A stretch of 64,000 nucleotides of DNA from Candidatus Nitrospira kreftii (GTDB lineage: Bacteria > Nitrospirota > Nitrospiria > Nitrospirales > Nitrospiraceae): contig CP047423.1 in NCBI GenBank assembly GCA_014058405.1, positions 2,565,777 to 2,629,776 of the forward strand. The letters run 5' to 3'. Position 1 is the first letter of the stretch. The number at the start of each line of letters is the position of its first letter. The notes under the pieces are model-generated. The model was given only the letters and a program-made list of their open reading frames with translations, had not been told where the DNA came from and did not search any database. A program made the position numbers and the translations under genes. This document shows, piece after piece, positions 45,550 through 53,733 of the stretch.

Positions 45550-47256
45550 GTGCTTATGCAGCACGGAGTATTCTCACGTCTGATTACGAACCGTTTGTTG
45601 GTCTATGCCAGAATCAAACAACTCCTCATCGCGTCGGCGATTATTGGCCTGGCGGGGTATGTGGCCACTGTGGACACGTGGGAATTGCAAACCCGCGTGG
45701 TTATTGCGGGTTGTATTTTGCTGAGTGGAATATCTGGACTCATCTGGAGTGAGATTGAGCGTGTCAGGAAGACCCATGGATTCCGACTCTTCCCGCCTGG
45801 GACAGGGACCTTAGGGTCTCGACAGGCAAAAGCGAATGAACGGTTGGCGTCGATGTGGGAGCTCTGGACGTGGCGCTGGAAAAAGCCAGCCTGGAAAGGG
45901 GCGATTCGTTATGGACGTGTCCTTCCTGAGCACAGGTTCTTTGGATTTCCTCCCAACCTCAGAGTTGCGGGTCCGCCTGGTGATCCCAGGCATGTCATTA
46001 CGATTGCCGGTGCTCGCAGCGGAAAGGGGAGGGCCATGCTCGTTCCCAACCTGCTGTTATACGAAGGGTCTACGATCGTCGTTGATCCGAAGGGGCAACT
46101 TGCGGCTATTACGGCCAATGCGCGCGGGTCAGGGTCCTCCCGTGTGCGGAAGTCCCTAGGGCAGAACGTGTTCATCGTTGACCCTGAAAATATTGTCACG
46201 TCTCATCCTGTCAAGGCTTCGTTCAATCCGTTATTGGGGATCGACGAGAACGATAGGGAATCTGTACAGTACGCGAAGATCATTTCTGAAACGCTGATTC
46301 CCCAAACCAGCAGCTCGGACGCCAATGCTGAATTCTTCGTGAAGCAGGCACGGTCGTTGCTGGAAGCTGCCATACTCCATGTGGCGACGTTCGAGCCGGA
46401 GTCCTCTCGCCACTTACCACAGGTCCGTAAACTATTGCTGCAGGGTAATGACTTCGATCTGCACATTATCGAGGAAGAATTCGCGCTTGCCGGCATGGCG
46501 GCACCCGTCGACAATCCCATCGACGCGTTCATTTATATGATGTCCAGAAACCCGGCATTTGGTGGGGAAATCCAGGGCGTTGCAAATCGTCTCTTAGCCG
46601 CACAATCTTCACAGCGGGCCGATATTCTCGGTGAGCTCGGCAATGCCATTAGCTTTATCGGCACCCCGGGAATTCAAGATTTTCTCGATGGATCGGCAGG
46701 GCCGATGTTCAATTTTCAGCAACTGCGCGACAAAGCCACGACAATTTATATTTGCATGAGCAACACAGCGCTGCAGCGGCAGGAGCGAAATTTGCTGCGG
46801 ATGCTGGTTGAACTCGCGGCGGTCACACTTGAGCGGACGCCTAAGCGTAAAGAGGATTGGCCAGTTCTGATTCTTATGGATGAGTTTTATTCACTTGGAT
46901 ATTTGAAATCGATCGATGTTGGCATTGGTGCCTTTGCTGGGTATGGAATCCTGCTCTGGCCAGTTGTACAGTCAGTCACCCAACTGAAGGAGCATTACCC
47001 AAAGACCTGGGAGAATCTTTTGGCCAATTGTCGAGCGCAGCAGTATTTCGGTCAATTGGACCCTGAGACTCACAAACATCTTTCGGATCGTTTAGCAGGG
47101 TTGTACTCACCCGTTGAACTCGCGTCTAACATTTTTGCCATGGAGGATCGCCGCCAAGTCGTCACGTTTGCTGATCGGCCCACCTCGATGCTGGAATTGA
47201 CCTACTATGACGAGATTTTCCCCTCCAGCCATTACGATGTAGACCCCTATCTGTAG
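45550..47256 (+). CDS. TraG/VirD4/TraD-family type IV coupling protein-like ATPase (orphan)
   Basis: 568 aa with two N-terminal TM helices. Walker A 'ITIAGARSGKGRAMLVPNLL', 'STIVVDPKGQL', Walker B 'VLILMDEFYSLG' and 'LLWPVVQSVTQLKEHY'. Confidence 0.8.
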   Translation: MLMQHGVFSRLITNRLLVYARIKQLLIASAIIGLAGYVATVDTWELQTRVVIAGCILLSGISGLIWSEIERVRKTHGFRLFPPGTGTLGSRQAKANERLASMWELWTWRWKKPAWKGAIRYGRVLPEHRFFGFPPNLRVAGPPGDPRHVITIAGARSGKGRAMLVPNLLLYEGSTIVVDPKGQLAAITANARGSGSSRVRKSLGQNVFIVDPENIVTSHPVKASFNPLLGIDENDRESVQYAKIISETLIPQTSSSDANAEFFVKQARSLLEAAILHVATFEPESSRHLPQVRKLLLQGNDFDLHIIEEEFALAGMAAPVDNPIDAFIYMMSRNPAFGGEIQGVANRLLAAQSSQRADILGELGNAISFIGTPGIQDFLDGSAGPMFNFQQLRDKATTIYICMSNTALQRQERNLLRMLVELAAVTLERTPKRKEDWPVLILMDEFYSLGYLKSIDVGIGAFAGYGILLWPVVQSVTQLKEHYPKTWENLLANCRAQQYFGQLDPETHKHLSDRLAGLYSPVELASNIFAMEDRRQVVTFADRPTSMLELTYYDEIFPSSHYDVDPYL

Positions 47257-47451
47257 CAGCAGAAAGCAGATGCGATCTCTCATGACGAAGACGGGCAAGA
47301 CTTGCAATGAAAAGCTTCAAAGGGTCGTAAGGAGGAATAATCTCCTACTGAACAATCAAGCCAATGGGGGCAACTGCCGATCCTAATGATTCACTGTCCG
47401 AATCCATAGCCGTGGATCTGAGCGGATAACGAAAGCGCTTATCCTCGAGAT

Positions 47452-47901
47452 CTACCGGTTCACCATTAACTCGAACACATGTGTGGACGAGTCTGACACC
47501 GCTCTCACCTGGCGACCGTCGACACTGAAATCGACAGTCCACCATGTCTCTCGATCGCCAGGCAGGGCCTGTTCACCTGAAACGCCACCCGTCTCAAGAT
47601 TGTAGATTCGGACAAAGTTTTCATAGCGATACTCGCCGTCAAGTGGATCCTTGTTGCATCTGATGCTTCCAGCGATGGCCAGAAGTTTCACCTTCGGTGA
47701 GAGCGCGAAGTCGGACCATTGATTTGCAAAGTCCTTAAACTCTACCTTCGCGACGATGTCACGTCGACGAGTATCGAAGAGACAGACCCCCTGGCTCGTC
47801 AGATAGAGAAGGTGGGCACCGTTATCGAGCAGCTTAAATGCTCGAATGTCATTGGCCCAGTGTCCATCGAATTCGAAAGATTTCACCGATCGGAATTTCA
47901 T
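47452..47901 (-). CDS. hypothetical beta-rich (propeller-like) protein, probably the 3' part of a disrupted gene
   Basis: 149-aa ORF. The same frame stays open 60 nt upstream of its ATG (see findings). Confidence 0.4.
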   Translation of the reverse strand: MKFRSVKSFEFDGHWANDIRAFKLLDNGAHLLYLTSQGVCLFDTRRRDIVAKVEFKDFANQWSDFALSPKVKLLAIAGSIRCNKDPLDGEYRYENFVRIYNLETGGVSGEQALPGDRETWWTVDFSVDGRQVRAVSDSSTHVFELMVNR

Positions 47902-48323
47902 ACCTCTGGCCGAGAACAGGAATCTGCCCGTCGCATCGACGAGCGAGACGCCGGAACGTATCTAGAGGCGACCGCCATAAACGGCTGGTGCGCGATCCAC
48001 AAACAGTCGCCCGCATACACGCATGTCGACGGATAGCCTAGTGAGTACATGCCATCGACCAGATAGCCTACTGTGGCGCCCTGCTGATCGAGAATTGGAT
48101 GCCGCTTCGATTCAAAGCGCCCAGGGTCAGGAAGCCGCAGAGGTCCAATCGCGCGTGGATTCTGCGAGAATGATGTATCGATCCAATCATCGTTACATAG
48201 CCGTTCCGCCTGGCGAAAAGAGGTTTCACTGTTGTGAAACTGAATCCGGAATGACATAGGATCTGCTTTCTGAATGAAGCCCCTGATGATACCTGAAATA
48301 GTTCCCAGTGACCTGCCTGTCAC
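47898..48323 (-). CDS. hypothetical protein, probably the 5' part of a disrupted gene
   Basis: 141-aa ORF with an Arg/Ser-rich tail typical of out-of-frame reading. It overlaps the next ORF as ATGA. Confidence 0.35.
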   Translation of the reverse strand: MTGRSLGTISGIIRGFIQKADPMSFRIQFHNSETSFRQAERLCNDDWIDTSFSQNPRAIGPLRLPDPGRFESKRHPILDQQGATVGYLVDGMYSLGYPSTCVYAGDCLWIAHQPFMAVASRYVPASRSSMRRADSCSRPEV

Positions 48324-48514
48324 CCACTACGAGGTTGTGGGATCTCCCGTTCGGGCACATCGCACGAAAAGACTGCTCGTGGCAATAGACCTAACTTCGT
48401 AAATGCGCACTTTCTCCATCTGCGGAACGGCGTTCAAATCGAGCCTTGACCTACATGCATCTCGCCTCAGCATACTCACGCACAAGTAAGGGCCGAGTCA
48501 TCTTGACCGCCTTA

Positions 48515-49132
48515 TTAAACGGTTCTAACGAGCATGATTGGGAGACGTGCTTTGACCTCGGAGTCCCATATCCACCTATCGGCGTTCGCCGCCCACGCGC
48601 AGTTGTGTTTTGATCTGAGGAACGGGAACCACCAGGTGTGCAGGAGAGCTTCATGGCGCTCGGTAGCAGTCCAATAGTATTGATCACAGCCAAGCTGCAA
48701 CACAGTGGCTCTTTTCTCAAGATCAGAATCTCGGAGTCCCAAAAGCGTGTACCATTCAGCGAGAGTTGGAAGGCGCCAGTCATCATGCCCAGCAAATACC
48801 ACACGACGCGTACCCCGTGTATACCCAAAATTAATCCCTGTCGAGCGGAACTGATCTGCCGAGAGACCGATGGTGCCGCACTCTGAAAGCCCAACTCGCA
48901 CCCCGCAACCGAACTGTTGCTTGGCTTCCACCCACGAATAAAGGGAAGGCGAACCTAAGAACTCACGCCCATTCCAGTGCATTCCCCACGGAGCCTGTAT
49001 CCACATCAGACCAGCTTCTTCGCAAGTAGCCGTCCCATTTCCGATGACAGTCCAAGAGACCTTGCGTGGACCCCAAAAGTGGCCTATGTCTTCCAGACCT
49101 GTAGGAAGCTCCCACTTAAGAATAATGCTCAT
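48515..49132 (-). CDS. DUF1566 (Lcl C-terminal-like) domain protein
   Basis: 205 aa. 'GHDDWRLPTLAEWYTLL' and 'YYWTA' match the DUF1566 W-R-L-P-T...E pattern. Confidence 0.55.
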   Translation of the reverse strand: MSIILKWELPTGLEDIGHFWGPRKVSWTVIGNGTATCEEAGLMWIQAPWGMHWNGREFLGSPSLYSWVEAKQQFGCGVRVGLSECGTIGLSADQFRSTGINFGYTRGTRRVVFAGHDDWRLPTLAEWYTLLGLRDSDLEKRATVLQLGCDQYYWTATERHEALLHTWWFPFLRSKHNCAWAANADRWIWDSEVKARLPIMLVRTV

Positions 49133-49287
49133 CCTTTTGCTCCCAGCTCTCCTTCGCTCACTTCCTTGTTTGCGACTCTCGACGTCGGCACTCGGACTGG
49201 CTGCAGTAGGTCGTTCCGGATGCGTACCTGTTATTCCGGAGACGCCTCAACTGACCCTTAATCTTGCCTTTCCACTGTGGTCAACAG

Positions 49288-49923
49288 TTACCTCTTTGTC
49301 TGATTGAGCGTTTCGTTGAGTTGAGATAGAAAAGTGGTCATGGATCTATCGACAGAAGCCCCTACATTGTCTAGCGCTTCTCCAAGAGATTTAAACCCGG
49401 CGATGATAGCTTCGCGAGTCCTCCGAATTTCGAAGTTCATTGAGAAGTTGTCCGTCGTCTGCCCCTGACAAATCACCCGATGTAGTTCGAATGACAGCGA
49501 TCTAAGATCAGGCACCAGCGAGGTAGATACTGGGAACTGCGGAAAGTTGTGCTGCCTGCCTCGCAAGTTAGAAGAATACATTTCAGCGTAGCGAGACAGT
49601 TCTTTAAGGTTCTCTTGGCATGTTGAAAGCTGAATTATTGAATCTTGAATTCTGTCCCAGAACGGAGACGGCGCGTTTTCTCGAAACTCGTGCTGGGCTT
49701 GATTGATAAGTGATTCAGTCGTATGAATGTTTTGTCTCAACGCTTTGATCTCTTGAAGAGAAGACGCCACATAATCTTTTGTGTTTTGGGTACCAGATTC
49801 AGCCTCCCGCAAGCTCTCCTGACGATAGTCAGCATTAGCCGTCAGGCTTCTTTGGACTGCATCCCTCTCTCTGAGAGCATCGATTGCCCACGAGCGGACG
49901 AGCGTGGCGACAACGAATGGCAA
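49288..49923 (-). CDS. hypothetical coiled-coil protein (5' end probably extends to 50114 through a frame disruption)
   Basis: The 211-aa ORF starts at a TTG inside a hydrophobic helix. The frame is open upstream to 50073 (see findings). Confidence 0.4.
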   Translation of the reverse strand: MPFVVATLVRSWAIDALRERDAVQRSLTANADYRQESLREAESGTQNTKDYVASSLQEIKALRQNIHTTESLINQAQHEFRENAPSPFWDRIQDSIIQLSTCQENLKELSRYAEMYSSNLRGRQHNFPQFPVSTSLVPDLRSLSFELHRVICQGQTTDNFSMNFEIRRTREAIIAGFKSLGEALDNVGASVDRSMTTFLSQLNETLNQTKR

Positions 49924-50264
49924 GAACCAAACCCACCACGTTTTCTCTTTTTCGATGTTCTCTAGAAAGCTAACCGCAACTATGGTTGTCGCGACCCATA
50001 TTACGGCCCCCAGGACGTCCAGCTGTCGCTGCTCTTTAGTTCTGATGCTGTGACTGTCTTCGGGGCCAACGGCTCAATCCTGCACCCCTCAATGGATTTG
50101 ACGATCTGGTTCATCGTTGTCTCCCGAGTTCATCAGGCCTGAACTCCTCGCGTGACAGGCACCGCAATTTTCGCAGCGTCTCTCATGAAGCGGTTGTTCG
50201 GATCATACGCCGACTTTTTTGTGAACGCGCTTGTGTCCACCGTAGTACTCGCACATCAATCAGC

Positions 50265-50498
50265 CTACATTCCGATTGCTGCTGTAATGTCCCTAGACAG
50301 TTTCCACATGGTTTGAATTTTCGTCTTCGATGGCTCTGTGTATCGTTCCACAACTATTTCTGATACGCGTCGGTCCTTCTCCGTGAATTCCATGAGCACC
50401 TCACTGTTGGAAAGATCAAAGTGACGGTGTAGAAGGCAGACCCCAACTCGTTCCGTATAGTTGTGCTTTTCTAGGACGGTGCGGATATCGTTCAGCAC
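50265..50498 (-). CDS. small hypothetical protein
   Basis: 77-aa ORF from a GTG, containing 'VGVCLLHRHFDLSNSEVLMEF'. The frame is open upstream to 50564 (see findings). Confidence 0.4.
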   Translation of the reverse strand: MLNDIRTVLEKHNYTERVGVCLLHRHFDLSNSEVLMEFTEKDRRVSEIVVERYTEPSKTKIQTMWKLSRDITAAIGM

Positions 50499-50745
50499 GT
50501 CGAAGTTCTCGTCATCAATGTCAGGAAGAGATGCCCATTGGACCGGCTGTAAAGCGAATCTTAGTCATATCGGTATTCTCCTTTGTCTTTGACCGATCTC
50601 AGACCGAGTCATGCTTCAGTCTCTCATTGATCAAGGAACCATCCATGCCTCGGCGAAGGGGTTAGCTCCTGTCCGTGACCTACAACAACGTCTCTGAAAA
50701 TATCGCAGAGAATCTCATCCATGGAGGCTCGATTTCGGATCGTCA

Positions 50746-51120
50746 TCAATCTCCTGGTCTTCTCTGCAGGATGTCCATTAAAATCTTGACTGCAAGGTAG
50801 TGGGCCACCGCTTGCTCATAACGCCATTGTCCATCGATCAAAATGGAATAGCATTCACCAATGACGAGCCCTTCGGTTGTGTCCACATAGTGGTCGATAC
50901 CACCTCCGTTCAGAGCCACATGGACCACCTGTCCAGGACCGATCCATCCTCGATCAGCCGTCCTGCATTGTCCTTCCTGAAAAAATAACGTGTGAGATAA
51001 CCGCACAATAGGGCGCTCCCCCGGCACCATAGCCGTGACGGTTGCGAAAGTCTGCAAGCTCGGATCGGGAAGGTTATCATTCCTTGAGGTTGTTCCAAAT
51101 TTGTCGGTTCTGTCTTCCAT
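50746..51120 (-). CDS. hypothetical protein
   Basis: I trimmed the track ORF (50746..51174) to the ATG at 51120 ('MEDRTDKFG...'), which is preceded by GAAGGTGG. I recognise no family. Confidence 0.4.
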   Translation of the reverse strand: MEDRTDKFGTTSRNDNLPDPSLQTFATVTAMVPGERPIVRLSHTLFFQEGQCRTADRGWIGPGQVVHVALNGGGIDHYVDTTEGLVIGECYSILIDGQWRYEQAVAHYLAVKILMDILQRRPGD

Positions 51121-51790
51121 GTTGGCCACCTTCGTTCGTAAAGAACGGCCGTCCTTTCGATTGGTACGATACAAAACGTGAAATAACTTATGCCTTCCAT
51201 CACAACATATTGGGAGATTTCCGCTACAAGAGCGACTCTAGCTTGGAACATCCCTCTTTTCAACAGGCCTTCTTCACCCCGTGCATGTGCAGCTCATCAT
51301 TGAAACTGGACCGAGGCAGATTAGCCATATCCGTTGATAGGGCAGCCTACACACCCATCACTTCTCTCGCTGAAAGGTCGGTGATATATGATGATGAATC
51401 CTGGCTGGCTTTCTCTCCTGGAGGCTTCTCACCCGAACATGGAAGCCAATTTCAACGACCGGGACTGCACAGCGACAACGAGGCAGAGCGGCCTTACGAG
51501 CAGCGCACATGAGCAGCTCTGCTGGCATGCGGCGATGCAGGCCGGCAGGGTATTTACAATCCCCTCGCAAATCATCATCAAGGGAGACGGGCCATCTCGT
51601 CATGAGGGAAAGGGCTATCCGCGAGAAAAGCTGACGCGGAACATGAGGGTCCGGCCAAGTGACCGCTTGGGTTCATCCCGCTGGCTCGGATGTGGTGCAA
51701 AGGAATGCTGAGGGGCCAGAGGCGAGAGGTCCAGGACGAACAATCGACAGTCTAAAGAAAGGTGGCGAGTGGGTACGTAGCCGTGTGCAG

Positions 51791-52327
51791 TCAGTCGGAG
51801 CTTCGGGGTTCTTTTATGCGATTCATTCGTGCGTCGAGGTCGTGGGACATCTTTTCCAGGACGGCGACTTGGGCATTCATGATCAGGGCAAACGCTCGCT
51901 TGTAGATCTCCAAGGCCTCCTCCTTGCTGTGCGCCTCGTCAATATGAGATTTCAGGTAGTCACCCACTTCGTTTCCGGCGAAGTACCATTCATCCTGTTG
52001 CTCTTTGGTGAACCACATGCGAACCAGGAAAAACGTCTCGTGCCTCCACTGCGCCTCATCATCATCATTGGGCGCGGTGAGAGTCGCCACGTTCTCTATC
52101 AGCCGAAGCCCTTTCGCGCACTGGGTGGCCAACTGAGCCTTCGCCTCGAACAACTTGGCACGTTCTGTCAGCGTCGCAAAGATTTGGTGGCTCGTCTGAT
52201 TGTACCGATCTAAAGCCGTCATAGCGCTGTCTTGATCGAGATTCATGGGGGAATTTTCTTGCCCGAAGGCACTCCCGATCGAGAACAAACCAAGAACCAG
52301 TATCAATGCATACCGTGTGAGCGTCAT
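51791..52327 (-). CDS. hypothetical secreted all-alpha protein
   Basis: 178 aa with signal peptide 'MTLTRYALILVLGLFSIGSAFG'. Confidence 0.45.
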   Translation of the reverse strand: MTLTRYALILVLGLFSIGSAFGQENSPMNLDQDSAMTALDRYNQTSHQIFATLTERAKLFEAKAQLATQCAKGLRLIENVATLTAPNDDDEAQWRHETFFLVRMWFTKEQQDEWYFAGNEVGDYLKSHIDEAHSKEEALEIYKRAFALIMNAQVAVLEKMSHDLDARMNRIKEPRSSD

Positions 52328-52537
52328 CGACCAATCCCTCTTATGTGGGGCCCATAAACACGTTCTCTATATCACGAACACGCCATCAAAGGGGGCTGGT
52401 GATTCGCGAAGCCCACCCACCTCAGATGGTCCACCGAGGTGGACTAGTTAGAGGTGGATCTTGAATCCTGCACCGCGTCAGAGAGCAGATTCGATCTTGC
52501 CACTCAATGCTCCAACAACCGCCATGCTCAATACACA

Positions 52538-53311
52538 CTATGGAACGTGTGCCAACAACTGCTCGGTGAGTTTAGCGGCCCGGTCCGCTTTGACCTGGGA
52601 AAGAATCGCTCCGGCGGTCTTTGATTTTACCAGGCGAAGGATTTCAAGCGCCCTTCGATCCGGCATACGTTCCAGACGCGCAGCTGCGTCCTCCGATGGC
52701 ATGGATTCGTACATCTTGGCAAGCCGTGTCCGCTCTTCTTGTGCCACACGGTCTTTTTCAGCATGAGCCTTGGTTTGCTGTACCGACACGCGTTCTTCCT
52801 TCTTTGCCTGGACACTTTGAATCTTTTTTTCCAACGCCTCGTTTTGCTCAAGCAGCTCCTCAATCTGGTTTCGAACAATCATGAGTCGTTGTTCGTTTTG
52901 ACGGATCGTCTCTTCCCGCTGATCTAGATCACGCTTCCGCTGCTCCAGCATTTCCAGCACTTCGCGCGGAACATCAATCGCAGGTCCCTGGCTTGCCGGA
53001 GGGGCTAGCAATTTGGCATCATCCCGCGCCTCCGAATCATTCTTCTCTATCGGCTGAACAGGAGATACCGCATCCGCATCCAAGGATGTCTGGGGCATCG
53101 ATGAAACCTTGGATTTAGGTTCGGACGAGGCCTGTCCCAATTGCACCATGACCCACAACAGAATAGTCAAACCAAAGACTCCACCAATCAGTGTCCAGAG
53201 AGAAGAGTGTCGATTCGATCTCGACGTCGAGTCAGGAGTCCTCGGACCGGCAAAACGGAATTGCCCTTTCATAGGATTGGTGGGAGATGAATTCATATAC
53301 CCCGCTCTCAT
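52538..53311 (-). CDS. MotE/YlxF-family flagellar protein (MgtE_N-like C-terminus)
   Basis: 257 aa with a TM anchor and a coiled coil. The C-terminus reads 'MYESMPSEDAAARLERMPDRRALEILRLVKSKTAGAILSQV'. It occupies the ylxF slot after fliJ. Confidence 0.65.
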   Translation of the reverse strand: MRAGYMNSSPTNPMKGQFRFAGPRTPDSTSRSNRHSSLWTLIGGVFGLTILLWVMVQLGQASSEPKSKVSSMPQTSLDADAVSPVQPIEKNDSEARDDAKLLAPPASQGPAIDVPREVLEMLEQRKRDLDQREETIRQNEQRLMIVRNQIEELLEQNEALEKKIQSVQAKKEERVSVQQTKAHAEKDRVAQEERTRLAKMYESMPSEDAAARLERMPDRRALEILRLVKSKTAGAILSQVKADRAAKLTEQLLAHVP

Positions 53312-53733
53312 CGCAACAAATAACGACGGCTCGCGGCCTCATCTGTCGCTCGCTGTTCCTGACGGGCCAAATCAGCACATTGTATGGCCTTGCGTTGATC
53401 GAGAATACGATCGAGCAACTTGCACTCCTGATTTGCTTCGACAAGGAGATTGTTGATGCGCTGCCATGACAAGGTGGCCTGCTCAATCACCAGATGCGCC
53501 TGGCCTAAAGCCGCCTGCTGCGAATGCATACGCACCTGCCACTCCAACATGGCCTCTATGGTCATGCCTTGCTTCGCTTGGTGACGATATGTTTCGGCAT
53601 CCTTCAACATCTCGATTTCGATCCTGCGATATCGCTCTTCGCTGCGAGAAAGAGATTGGGCGATCTGGCTCAATTCCATCATGAGCGCCTCTACCGCCTG
53701 CCCGCGTAGCTTCCGTAACGAGTCAAGGCTCAT
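53308..53733 (-). CDS. fliJ: FliJ export chaperone/stalk
   Basis: 141-aa coiled-coil protein with 4-nt overlaps to fliI and the motE-like gene, in the canonical position. Confidence 0.7.
   Translation of the reverse strand: MSLDSLRKLRGQAVEALMMELSQIAQSLSRSEERYRRIEIEMLKDAETYRHQAKQGMTIEAMLEWQVRMHSQQAALGQAHLVIEQATLSWQRINNLLVEANQECKLLDRILDQRKAIQCADLARQEQRATDEAASRRYLLR

Noticed and set aside
47424-47444. GGATAA-cgaaagcgc-TTATCC hairpin (lacO-like half-site) downstream of the 47452 ORF
   Set aside because: The stem is only 6 bp with a 9-nt loop and no U-tract. The resemblance to lac operator sequence is superficial.
48451-48894. 147-aa ORF overlapping the DUF1566 gene
   Set aside because: It is an alternative frame of the same strand. 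The 205-aa frame carries the recognisable WRLPT motif, and this one has none.
51175-51790. About 600 bp without a convincing gene; candidate ORFs are 51358..51603(-), 51042..51512(+) and 51388..51711(+)
   Set aside because: All candidates are Arg/Cys/His-rich or overlap better genes, and none has a credible RBS or family resemblance. I could not identify an RNA gene by eye. I left the region unannotated and flagged it for an Rfam and blastx check.
52417-52442. CCACCTC-N12-GAGGTGG hairpin about 95 nt after the motE-like stop, a possible terminator at the island border
   Set aside because: It has a 7-bp stem, a large loop and no U-tract. That is not enough to call a terminator.
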